From a virus: a stretch of 64,000 nucleotides of DNA. Below, piece by piece: positions 30,013 through 38,781 of the stretch (the stretch's first letter is position 1; the number at the start of each line of letters is the position of its first letter). The DNA is taken from the IMG/VR virus record IMGVR_UViG_3300008227_000004; one strand, 5' to 3'. Below the pieces are notes generated by a model. That model worked only from the letters and a program-made list of their open reading frames with translations. It did not search any database and was not told the DNA's origin. Made by a program: the position numbers and the translations under genes.

Positions 30013-30639
30013 ATGGAACAAATTACACACAAAGAATTAGCACGAGCAGCTGCACGTAGCTACGACGCATACACTTTCTCGACAAACGAGTGTGAAGTGT
30101 TAGTGGAACTAAAGAAAGACCAGCAAGTTATAGCAATACGAGGAACAGAAGGAGGCCAATTAATCTCCGGTTTGGGATTTATGGATGTTATACGCGACAT
30201 GCGCTTTATTCCTTGGTACCATCCAGTGTTAGGTTGGGCACATTCTGGTTTTCTCAAAGGCGCTGTACGGATCACTGAAGACTTGAAGTCTCACATATAC
30301 AAAGACAAGCCTGTAGTGCTAACTGGACATTCACTTGGAGCGGCACTAGCACTTATCGTAGGAATGTTATTAAAACATGATGGATATGAGGTTGTTGAAT
30401 ATGTTGGATTTGCTTGTCCTCGTACCTTCGTGTACAATAAACAACGACACAATGAAGATACATCAGTACGATTTCCCATAACAATATACCGTTACGAGGA
30501 TGACATCGTACCAATGGTACCGTTTGCATTTCCTTTCTATTACCACCACCCAGTGGAGTTATCGCAACTTGGTAATGGTGATGGTACTCCATCAATATCA
30601 GACCACAGCATGACCAATTACGAAAATGCTGTGAGTTAA
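30013..30639 (+). CDS. class 3 lipase / alpha-beta hydrolase (start moved to ATG with AGGAG RBS; track ORF begins 29878)
   Basis: Lipase_3 signature VIAIRGTEG...PVVLTGHSLGAALALIVG (GHSLG nucleophile elbow). Confidence 0.65.
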   Translation: MEQITHKELARAAARSYDAYTFSTNECEVLVELKKDQQVIAIRGTEGGQLISGLGFMDVIRDMRFIPWYHPVLGWAHSGFLKGAVRITEDLKSHIYKDKPVVLTGHSLGAALALIVGMLLKHDGYEVVEYVGFACPRTFVYNKQRHNEDTSVRFPITIYRYEDDIVPMVPFAFPFYYHHPVELSQLGNGDGTPSISDHSMTNYENAVS

Positions 30640-31061
30640 GTAATCACACGACCAGCAAAATCAGTATCAGTTGCACTACTAAATGTTATAGTAAACGTAT
30701 TAGTAGTCGTAGCTGTTATACTACTAGACTGAGCAATAGCTACAGCATCAGCTTGCATGATTGCATATCCCAACGTCGAATTGCCCAAGTTGTGTGTTAT
30801 CGTGTATACTCCTGCACTATCACGTACAACAGACCAACCGCCTGGTAATACTGTACCAACACCTGCTCCAGTCACCTCTATGTAATGTGTACCTGGTGCA
30901 GAAATGCTAGACTCCCATTTCGCGTTTGTGTTATTCCACACCAATGCTTCACCATCTGCAGGTCCGGGGGCACTTACATCTTTGATGTCGTTTAAATCTA
31001 TCTTACCTTTCAAGCTCTCTGTTAAGTCAACTTGATAATCGGCTATTGTTGGTTGAGTCAT
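30636..31061 (-). CDS. hypothetical protein (Gly/Thr-rich, fiber-like)
   Basis: 141-aa minus-strand ORF ending just before the 31106 promoter. Confidence 0.4.
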   Translation of the reverse strand: MTQPTIADYQVDLTESLKGKIDLNDIKDVSAPGPADGEALVWNNTNAKWESSISAPGTHYIEVTGAGVGTVLPGGWSVVRDSAGVYTITHNLGNSTLGYAIMQADAVAIAQSSSITATTTNTFTITFSSATDTDFAGRVIT

Positions 31062-31105
31062 TATAATTTCCTATTAGTTAATAATGGTGTATTTATAATG
31101 GTTGG

Positions 31106-31134
31106 TTGACAACAACAACACTTTAACCTATAAT
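31106..31134 (+). promoter_or_regulatory. sigma70-like early promoter (TTGACA, 17 nt, TATAAT)
   Basis: perfect consensus hexamers, 30 nt upstream of the ligase start. Confidence 0.6.
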
Positions 31135-31163
31135 ATACTCAATTACACAAATAAGGGTTACCA

Positions 31164-33140
31164 ATGAGTTTTATCACAGATGCAGCAAAATCCACAACCG
31201 AATTAATTGATACACTGATCGAAGAGCATTCAACCCAGGAATTAATTGATATTCTAATGACTGCCGACGATGAATATGCCAACAGTACTGATGGTGATTT
31301 AACACTAACAGACACACAATACGACATCCTACGCCGCAAATTGCAACTCTCCGTTCCTCACCACGTATATTTTACTGGGGTTGGAAGTGCTGTCCGTGGT
31401 GGTAAAGTAAAACTGCCACATAAAATGGGCAGTCTAAACCAAATATTCGAGAATGATGTAGAAGCTTGGGTTTCTGATAACCGATTAACAACATCACGAT
31501 TTGTTATAACCGACAAACTTGACGGTGTTAGTGCGATGGTAATCTATCCTGGTAACGATGAACCGTTTCAAATTGGTTATAGTCGTGGGGATGGTACGGA
31601 AGGTGCGGATATTTCTCGTCACCTATCAAAAATTGTACCAAAATCAATACCACACCCAACATCGTTGGCTATTCGTGGTGAAATCATTCTAACAAAAGAA
31701 GGGTTTGATGTCCTGAAAACTAAAGTGTTTACTCGTCAGGGCTTAGAATACAAAAACGCTCGCAATATGGTTGCAGGGTTGATGAATTCAAAAACAAATC
31801 CGGATATCGTGTATTCATTTCTCAAATTCGTATCATACCAAATCGTTGGTGTTACTCTTAGTAAAACAGCAATGCTGTATACTCTAATGGAGTACGGCTT
31901 TAAAGTTCCCGTTCTGGCAACGCGGATGGGTAGGGATCTGAATGATCCAGACTTAATTGCATACCTAACAGAACGAAAAGAGAAAGCTGAATATGAAATC
32001 GATGGTATTGTTGTTGATGTTGATGACGAATTAGAGCGTGTGAGACTCAGTCCAAATGCTGCTGCCCTCAATCCATCATATTCATTTAAGTACAAAACGA
32101 CAGATGCTGATAATTACGCAGAAACGGAAGTTACTTGGATTGAACTGAGATTATCCAAACACGGATTCATAAAACCACGATTTCACGTTAAACCTGTTAA
32201 TCTGGTCGGTGTTACTATCGTTCATGCTACAGCCCTAAACGCCAAATACTTACTAGAAAACAAAATCAGACCAGGCACAAAAGTGGCAATCTCTCGTATG
32301 GGGGATGTGGTTCCTAATGTAACAAAGATTTTGGGACAGACCGACGAAATGTCTGATGACGAATACAACTTGTGGTTCAATGATCAAATGGATCAGTTCG
32401 GCGTTTGGACCTGGTCTACCACAGACAAAGGGGACGGTGTGGATGCAAAGGTAGTCGACATTAGCAACCATTCCATCATATTAATCAAGCAGTTATATGA
32501 TTTCTTTGATAAACTAGATATTGCGTTTCTTGGTATGGGCAATGTAACGAAATTAGTTGATAGCAAAATTGACACACCCGAATCGATACTAACAATGACC
32601 GAAGCTGAATTGGTTGGTGTGCTGGGTGAGAATGGGAAAAAAGTATTCAAAAGCATTCACGAAAAGTTAAATGGTATTACACTACACAAGCTAGTAGGTG
32701 CACACTCAAATCAACGTGGAATTGGTATACGAAAGATGCGTAAGGTTGAGCTAGCAGTTGGTGGTAACTTTACCACCAACCAATCAATATCATCGATCAA
32801 ATCGTTGGATGGCTTTGATACCATCACCGCTACGGGCGCCATGGCCGCTATAAACGCATTCAATGACTTTTTCCCCATCGTTAAGCATCTGGTAACACTT
32901 GAAAGTGCAACACCAACCGATGCTAAATTAGCTGGGATGAAAATATGCTTCACCGGCTTTCGTGATAAACCACTTCAAGCTGCTGTGGAGTCGAAAGGTG
33001 GTACAGTACAGAGTGGTGTTAGCAAAACCACCGATCTCGTTGTGACCGTTGATGTGAACGGTGCGAGTGGTAAACTAAAGAAAGCCAGAGATCTAAGCAA
33101 AAAGATCATTACAGTTGAAGACTTCATGCAGTTGTTATAA
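31164..33140 (+). CDS. ligA: NAD+-dependent DNA ligase (LigA-like) with C-terminal BRCT domain
   Basis: 658 aa; adenylation motif TDKLDGVS; OB-fold and HhH-like regions; C-terminal BRCT-like KICFTGFRDKPLQAAVESKGGTVQSGVSKTTDLVV. Confidence 0.8.
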   Translation: MSFITDAAKSTTELIDTLIEEHSTQELIDILMTADDEYANSTDGDLTLTDTQYDILRRKLQLSVPHHVYFTGVGSAVRGGKVKLPHKMGSLNQIFENDVEAWVSDNRLTTSRFVITDKLDGVSAMVIYPGNDEPFQIGYSRGDGTEGADISRHLSKIVPKSIPHPTSLAIRGEIILTKEGFDVLKTKVFTRQGLEYKNARNMVAGLMNSKTNPDIVYSFLKFVSYQIVGVTLSKTAMLYTLMEYGFKVPVLATRMGRDLNDPDLIAYLTERKEKAEYEIDGIVVDVDDELERVRLSPNAAALNPSYSFKYKTTDADNYAETEVTWIELRLSKHGFIKPRFHVKPVNLVGVTIVHATALNAKYLLENKIRPGTKVAISRMGDVVPNVTKILGQTDEMSDDEYNLWFNDQMDQFGVWTWSTTDKGDGVDAKVVDISNHSIILIKQLYDFFDKLDIAFLGMGNVTKLVDSKIDTPESILTMTEAELVGVLGENGKKVFKSIHEKLNGITLHKLVGAHSNQRGIGIRKMRKVELAVGGNFTTNQSISSIKSLDGFDTITATGAMAAINAFNDFFPIVKHLVTLESATPTDAKLAGMKICFTGFRDKPLQAAVESKGGTVQSGVSKTTDLVVTVDVNGASGKLKKARDLSKKIITVEDFMQLL

Positions 33141-33394
33141 TGAATACATTATTGGTCCTTATGGTATTGGTTCTAGGAATCGTTAATGGATTCCTAGTTG
33201 TCTGGTGGGCTACCCTATTTAATGATTACCGAAATGGGTTCATAGGCAAGTATGGTGGTAGATACGAACGAATAGCATCATTGAGCATACAAGGTGTATT
33301 GCCTGTGCTATTTGTTATCGTATTTCTGGTTATGTCGGTGGGTTTGTCTTACGTGATAACGAACGCATACTTCGCCTGGATGGTATTTTCGTAG
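33140..33394 (+). CDS. small two-TM membrane protein
   Basis: 84 aa; start abuts the ligase stop. Confidence 0.5.
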   Translation: MNTLLVLMVLVLGIVNGFLVVWWATLFNDYRNGFIGKYGGRYERIASLSIQGVLPVLFVIVFLVMSVGLSYVITNAYFAWMVFS

Positions 33395-33473
33395 CATGCA
33401 CGTGCACGTATCGAGTATAATTCAGTTTTCTAATGGGACGAATCCCAATTTTATTAACAATAAAGAGAATATT

Positions 33474-33749
33474 ATGAAACAAAAAGGCTTCACATTAATT
33501 GAGATGATGATTGTGGTAACAATCATCGGTATATTAGCATCAATCGTTATCCCTGCGGTGAAGGAAATGGAAGAGCGTAAAGGTACAACTAGTAATCCTC
33601 CCGTATTCAAATCAAAAGAGAATATTGTCCGTGAGTACCTACCAAATAAAAAACGCAGTCACAAAGAAGTTACACTAAAACAACACTCAGATGGAACACT
33701 ATATGCGTGTGATGCCATTGATGTTGATACTTGTTATCGGGTGAAATGA
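33474..33749 (+). CDS. type IV pilin-like (prepilin) protein
   Basis: 91 aa; MKQKG-FTLIEMMIVVTIIGILA is a class III prepilin leader (G-1, F+1, E+5); C-terminal Cys pair YACDAIDVDTCY; AAGAGA RBS-like. Confidence 0.6.
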   Translation: MKQKGFTLIEMMIVVTIIGILASIVIPAVKEMEERKGTTSNPPVFKSKENIVREYLPNKKRSHKEVTLKQHSDGTLYACDAIDVDTCYRVK

Positions 33750-34495
33750 TGGGAACTATGATTCTGCTGTACTTTGCATTAATTGTTGGCACTATGTTTT
33801 TTGATTTCTTACTGGAGTTGGATATGCCATTGATACTGTACGTTATCGGAACTGGTGTGTTCGTTGGGTGGGCTGCTGCGAATATTCACATGGATGCTGT
33901 CATACCGGAAACACCAATCGCTATAACACAAGATATAAAAACCATCCAAGATGACACGAAGCGGGAATTGAATGCCATCAAAGCTGATGTGAAAGCAGAC
34001 ATGAGCAAATTACGACCAGACGTTAAGGCTGACATATCGGAAGTGGTGGAACAAACCACCGATAGTGATGATAGCTCTTCAGTAAACACAGGTTTTGTGT
34101 TGGTTACTTGTGTCATCTTCGTGGTGGTTTGGATATTTACCGAAAGTTTGTTTGTTGGGATATTCGTAGCATTTATGTTCTTTTCGTTTGTCGGTGATAA
34201 CATCAGTGTCACTAGTTCAACTTCAACAAAATCAGAAGATGCAGTCCAAACACTAAAACAAGTGAACACCAAAGGTAGACGGTTTAAAACCGAATACCTA
34301 AGCAATCGCATACGAAGCAAAACACCAATATATCTGTTTAAAGGTGATGATGGACAAATAGCAACAAGCGACCCATCACTAAAAGACGAAGCACCAATAA
34401 TTTTTAAACCAATTAAATTAGTAACACATTCATCGGGGATGCTATATGCCTGTAAAGATTCTAAACAATGTTATCCGGTAGGTCAGTATGAGTAA
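33746..34495 (+). CDS. multi-TM membrane protein with pilin-like C-terminal disulfide domain
   Basis: 250 aa; several TM helices; C-terminus GMLYACKDSKQCYP parallels the pilin C-terminus GTLYACDAIDVDTCY. Confidence 0.5.
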   Translation: MMGTMILLYFALIVGTMFFDFLLELDMPLILYVIGTGVFVGWAAANIHMDAVIPETPIAITQDIKTIQDDTKRELNAIKADVKADMSKLRPDVKADISEVVEQTTDSDDSSSVNTGFVLVTCVIFVVVWIFTESLFVGIFVAFMFFSFVGDNISVTSSTSTKSEDAVQTLKQVNTKGRRFKTEYLSNRIRSKTPIYLFKGDDGQIATSDPSLKDEAPIIFKPIKLVTHSSGMLYACKDSKQCYPVGQYE

Positions 34496-35042
34496 GGTAG
34501 ATCAACACGATATGCTATTGGTGCTTGGAGATTGGTCCAGTGATGGTCACAGTCAAACAACCAACTTTGGTATCAGAACCAACAAAACGGTGGATGATAT
34601 ACAAAAAGCATACAAAGCATCATGCAAGATGACTGGAATATCCTTCAATCACAACGAGGATTATACCGAAGTCGCACGGGACTGGCGAGTGGATAAATTG
34701 TATCGAATTGCAACAGAGTATGACAAACCATTCACATATCAAGAAACGTATGATATATTAGTTGATTTGGATTGTCCTCTTGTTGATAATTTCATCAAAG
34801 GACATTATATGTATGATGGTAATGATGTGTACTACTTCAACGAAGACGATAGATTTAGACACTTTATCGACCTGTGGTTGTGGTTTGTGCAGTTGTCATT
34901 ACCCGATCTTGAGTATATAATGGCTCAAGACATTGCAATTGCTGATCCAGCATTTGCAGCATTTGATCCGCCACCACCTATTAATGGGTTTTGGAATGAG
35001 GGTCTTAACGTACAATTTGGCTATGGCCTGTACTGTCCATAA
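34488..35042 (+). CDS. hypothetical protein
   Basis: 184 aa; overlapping start. Confidence 0.5.
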   Translation: MSKVDQHDMLLVLGDWSSDGHSQTTNFGIRTNKTVDDIQKAYKASCKMTGISFNHNEDYTEVARDWRVDKLYRIATEYDKPFTYQETYDILVDLDCPLVDNFIKGHYMYDGNDVYYFNEDDRFRHFIDLWLWFVQLSLPDLEYIMAQDIAIADPAFAAFDPPPPINGFWNEGLNVQFGYGLYCP

Positions 35043-35048
35043 ATAACA

Positions 35049-35069
35049 GCGATGAGATAGACTCATCGC
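35049..35069 (+). promoter_or_regulatory. conserved hairpin element upstream of natV (GCGATGAG-ATAGA-CTCATCGC)
   Basis: perfect 8-bp stem with ATAGA loop, 27 nt before the natV ATG; same architecture upstream of nadV. Confidence 0.45.
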
Positions 35070-35095
35070 ATAACAATAACCTAGGAGGATTTCCT

Positions 35096-36133
35096 ATGAA
35101 TACAGAAGAACAATACGACTACCTCGTGTACATTGGTAGATTTCAGCCATCTCACTTGGCACACATCGAAACAATCAAAATTGCGTTACAACAATCCAAA
35201 AATGTTATAATACTAATCGGATCGTCATTTCAACCAAAGACAATCAAAAATCCTTGGTCATGGCAAGAACGTGCGGAAATGATCAGCAACTCGCTATCTC
35301 ATAGCGAAAAACTCAGAGTACAATTTGCACCCATTGCGGATGATGCTTACAACAATCAACGTTGGGTTACACAAGTCCAAAAAATGGTCGAAACGTTAAG
35401 CACCGAAGGAAGCCACATCGGAATGATCGGTCACACTAAAGATGACACATCATTCTACTTAAAAATGTTTCCTCAATGGAAGCATGTTGAGGTTCCTAAT
35501 ATCAACGACTTGCACGCAACTGACATCCGTGTCGCTTTGTTTGAACACTCAACAGACTTTTTCAGCAAACAAGTTATGCCAACATTACCAAAAGCTATTC
35601 ACGAATACTTGTTGGCATGGAAGCTAAAACCTATCTTCGAACAACTGAAATATGAATATGAATTTATACAGAAATATAAATCCGCTTGGGCTGTAGCTCC
35701 ATATGAACCAATCTTCGTGACAGTTGATGCTGTAGTGGTGCAATCAGGACACGTGTTATTGGTAAAACGGCGATCGGCTCCAGGAAAAGGATTGTGGGCT
35801 ATTGTCGGGGGGTTTGTAAATCCAAACGAGACTCTCATTGATGCTATGTTACGGGAATTAAGAGAAGAGACTAAAATTAAGGTGCCCGATCCTATATTAC
35901 GGGGGAATATCAAAATACAAGAGGTGTACGATCACCCTGCCCGAAGTTTACGGGGTAGAACTATAACACATGCTTACGGTATCGAATTACCACCAGGTGG
36001 ACTTCCAAAAGTGAAAGGAAGCGATGATGCTGAAAAAGCACAATGGATTCCGATTACCACAATTAAAGAAATGCGCGATCAATTGTTTGAAGATCACTAC
36101 GATATTATTTTTGATATGTTGGGACGGTTGTAA
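35096..36133 (+). CDS. natV: bifunctional NMN adenylyltransferase / Nudix ADP-ribose pyrophosphatase (NatV/NadM-Nudix-like)
   Basis: 345 aa; N-terminal nucleotidyltransferase motif YIGRFQPSHLAH (HxGH-type); C-terminal Nudix box GGFVNPNETLIDAMLRELREETKI; strong RBS TAGGAGGA. Confidence 0.85.
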   Translation: MNTEEQYDYLVYIGRFQPSHLAHIETIKIALQQSKNVIILIGSSFQPKTIKNPWSWQERAEMISNSLSHSEKLRVQFAPIADDAYNNQRWVTQVQKMVETLSTEGSHIGMIGHTKDDTSFYLKMFPQWKHVEVPNINDLHATDIRVALFEHSTDFFSKQVMPTLPKAIHEYLLAWKLKPIFEQLKYEYEFIQKYKSAWAVAPYEPIFVTVDAVVVQSGHVLLVKRRSAPGKGLWAIVGGFVNPNETLIDAMLRELREETKIKVPDPILRGNIKIQEVYDHPARSLRGRTITHAYGIELPPGGLPKVKGSDDAEKAQWIPITTIKEMRDQLFEDHYDIIFDMLGRL

Positions 36134-36177
36134 TAAATAACCTGGAAGAGAGCATTATCTCTTCCAGGAGACCACAC

Positions 36178-36792
36178 ATGGAAATGATAAACTTTAAACA
36201 ACGGTGGGATATATTATATCAAACGACAGACGATGTAGCTGAAACGTTAGTGGAAGCAAAACAACGCAATGCCACATATTATCGCCACATCTGTAAAAAA
36301 CACGGAAAAGTATTATTTTACACAAAAGACAATAGCTGTCCAATTTGTTGTAAGGTTGCTCGTGATATTCGTGTTACCCACAATAGGGTGTTTAATAGAT
36401 CCCGTGAAATATACAATGAAATTAAACAACGGGCAAAAAAAAAGAATGTTTTGTTTTTGTTGACAAAAGAAGAATTTAGAACAATATATGGAACAGTGCA
36501 TCTATGTCCGGTACTTCATATACCGATAGTATATGATAAAATCGAAGGAGTAATGACGGATAATTCTCCGTCCACTGATAGACTCATACCCGAAAACGGA
36601 TATACAATGGATAATATTAACATTATATCGAATCGAGCCAATCGGATAAAAAACAACGGAACACCAACCGAACACATACAAGTTGCTATTTGGCAATTGA
36701 AACAAGAGGGTAATACTGCGGAAGATATATTGGATATAGTAACAACGGCACTAAACTCAACCAACATCGTCAATGCTTTCATTGGTGACTAA
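36178..36792 (+). CDS. HNH homing endonuclease inserted between natV and nadV
   Basis: 204 aa; HNH_3-like DRLIPENGYTMDNINIISNRANRIKNN motif; zinc-binding CPICC. Confidence 0.55.
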   Translation: MEMINFKQRWDILYQTTDDVAETLVEAKQRNATYYRHICKKHGKVLFYTKDNSCPICCKVARDIRVTHNRVFNRSREIYNEIKQRAKKKNVLFLLTKEEFRTIYGTVHLCPVLHIPIVYDKIEGVMTDNSPSTDRLIPENGYTMDNINIISNRANRIKNNGTPTEHIQVAIWQLKQEGNTAEDILDIVTTALNSTNIVNAFIGD

Positions 36793-36850
36793 CAAAACCA
36801 GTTGTCGAGCATTGCAGTTACAGGTGATGCTTTTTATTTTTAACGCACAA

Positions 36851-36873
36851 GGGATATCGATAGACGATATCCC
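36851..36873 (+). promoter_or_regulatory. conserved hairpin element upstream of nadV (GGGATATCG-ATAGA-CGATATCCC)
   Basis: perfect 9-bp stem with ATAGA loop, 24 nt before the nadV ATG; followed by GAGGATTTC RBS block shared with natV. Confidence 0.45.
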
Positions 36874-36897
36874 ACGCAAACATAGAGGATTTCTATA

Positions 36898-38322
36898 ATG
36901 AACTTTTTACAACACGCAGTTTTTAACATTTTACTAAACACAGATTCATATAAAGCGAGCCATTGGTTGCAGTATCCCCCTGGTATTGAGTATGTTCACT
37001 GCTATATTGAATCGCGTGGTGGGGTATACGATGAAACGGTATTCTTCGGATTGCAGATGTTCTTACAAGAATACATGAGCAAACCAATCACACAAGAAAT
37101 GATTGACGAAGCGGAATTGTTCTGGCCTGCTCATGGTGAACCATTCAACAAAGAAGGATGGCAACACATATTAAAAGAGCACAACGGTTACTTACCGTTA
37201 AAAATCAAGTCGGTGGCGGAAGGTACTGTTGTACCGGTAAGCAATGCACTGGTTACTATCGTTAATACTGATCCGAAATGCTTTTGGTTACCATCACACG
37301 TCGAACCATCGATATTACGTGGTGTGTGGTATCCAACTACAGTAGCAACCAACAGCTGGACCACCAGAAAAGTAATTACGAGTTACATGAAATCAACATC
37401 CGACTTAACCGGACAAGAACAGGAAGATGCTATCGATTTTATGTTGCATGACTTCGGATCGCGTGGTGTTAGTTCACTGGAAAGTGCCATGATTGGTGGA
37501 GCTGCACACTTGGTAAATTTCAAAGGATCTGATAATGTACCAGGTATAGTTCACGCAAATAGACAATATTCGCATGAGATGTCAGGAAAATCTGTACCAG
37601 CATCCGAACACAGTTCAATTACTACATGGGGCAAGGGACGGGAGACAGAAGCATATCGCAATATGTTGAAGCAATATGGAGACAAGTTCTTCGCATTCTC
37701 TGTGGTATCCGACTCGTACGATATTTTCAATGCAGTTGAACATATCTGGGGTGATGAGCTGAAAGAATTGGTTATTGAGTGTGATGGGTGGCTAGTTATC
37801 AGACCTGATAGTGGTGATCCAGCAACCGTGGTAACAAAAATTATGTTGTTGCTTGAATCCGCATTCGGTTACATCCGTAATACCAAAGGCTATAAAGTAC
37901 TAAAACATGTTCGAGTGTTGCAAGGTGATGGCATTACAACCAAAAGCATTGATGCTATATTATCGAAGATGGTTGGATACAAGTTCAGTGCGGAAAATGT
38001 ATTATTTGGACAGGGTGGTGCGTTATTACAACAACTGGATCGAGATACTGGCAGATGGGCATATAAAGCAAGTGCTGCATTTATCAATGGTGAGTGGGTC
38101 GATGTATTCAAAGATCCGATTACCGATACCGGTAAACGCTCGAAACGTGGACAATTAATGTTATACCGTTCGGATGCAGGTAAATTTACAACAGATTGTA
38201 TTGGGGCAAAAACAATGGATGAACAAATGCTCACTCCTGTGTACCTAAATGGTAAAATATTGCGAACTACAACATTGGAAGAAGTTCGTACTACTAGATT
38301 CAACACAACTAACACATTATGA
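36898..38322 (+). CDS. nadV: nicotinamide phosphoribosyltransferase (Nampt/NadV)
   Basis: 474 aa; NAMPT hallmarks DSYKASHW, LHDFGSRG, GSDNVPG, RPDSGDP. Confidence 0.9.
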   Translation: MNFLQHAVFNILLNTDSYKASHWLQYPPGIEYVHCYIESRGGVYDETVFFGLQMFLQEYMSKPITQEMIDEAELFWPAHGEPFNKEGWQHILKEHNGYLPLKIKSVAEGTVVPVSNALVTIVNTDPKCFWLPSHVEPSILRGVWYPTTVATNSWTTRKVITSYMKSTSDLTGQEQEDAIDFMLHDFGSRGVSSLESAMIGGAAHLVNFKGSDNVPGIVHANRQYSHEMSGKSVPASEHSSITTWGKGRETEAYRNMLKQYGDKFFAFSVVSDSYDIFNAVEHIWGDELKELVIECDGWLVIRPDSGDPATVVTKIMLLLESAFGYIRNTKGYKVLKHVRVLQGDGITTKSIDAILSKMVGYKFSAENVLFGQGGALLQQLDRDTGRWAYKASAAFINGEWVDVFKDPITDTGKRSKRGQLMLYRSDAGKFTTDCIGAKTMDEQMLTPVYLNGKILRTTTLEEVRTTRFNTTNTL

Positions 38323-38771
38323 TATTAACTTTTTTTATATGTATGATCTTTCTCACTACTATTACGTTCACAATAGTAGCATTGTCAAATCACAACGAAT
38401 GTAGACATTTTCCGGTGATAGGGTACTGGATTAGTTTTGGATGGCAATTTATCAGTTTGGTTGTTAGTGTGCCACACAACCCGAAGGATATCGACAGGCT
38501 TACAGTGATATCAGGGTTTACACAACCCGAAATCATAATTGCCATGATAGGATTGGTAATTGGATTAGTCACATCTTTGGTGATATTTTTTGATTTTGAA
38601 TGGCATGATGACGTAGCCATAGCGAACTCACGAATCAAAAAACGGTGGAGAGAAATGTTTCCCAAGCGAGAGATACAACCAGAGCAAAAGCCAAAAAAAA
38701 GCGTCCATGACGAAAACACACTTGATACTGATGCGACAATAACATTGCGCAATCTAAAATCACACAAATAG
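38319..38771 (+). CDS. membrane protein
   Basis: 150 aa; 3 TM helices; ATGA overlap with nadV. Confidence 0.5.
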   Translation: MILTFFICMIFLTTITFTIVALSNHNECRHFPVIGYWISFGWQFISLVVSVPHNPKDIDRLTVISGFTQPEIIIAMIGLVIGLVTSLVIFFDFEWHDDVAIANSRIKKRWREMFPKREIQPEQKPKKSVHDENTLDTDATITLRNLKSHK

Positions 38772-38781
38772 GAACAACAAT

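Noticed and set aside
36805-36845. Possible terminator (GCAT...ATGC plus T-rich run) after the HNH gene
   Set aside because: The stem is only 4 bp and the T-run is interrupted, so it is too weak to call.
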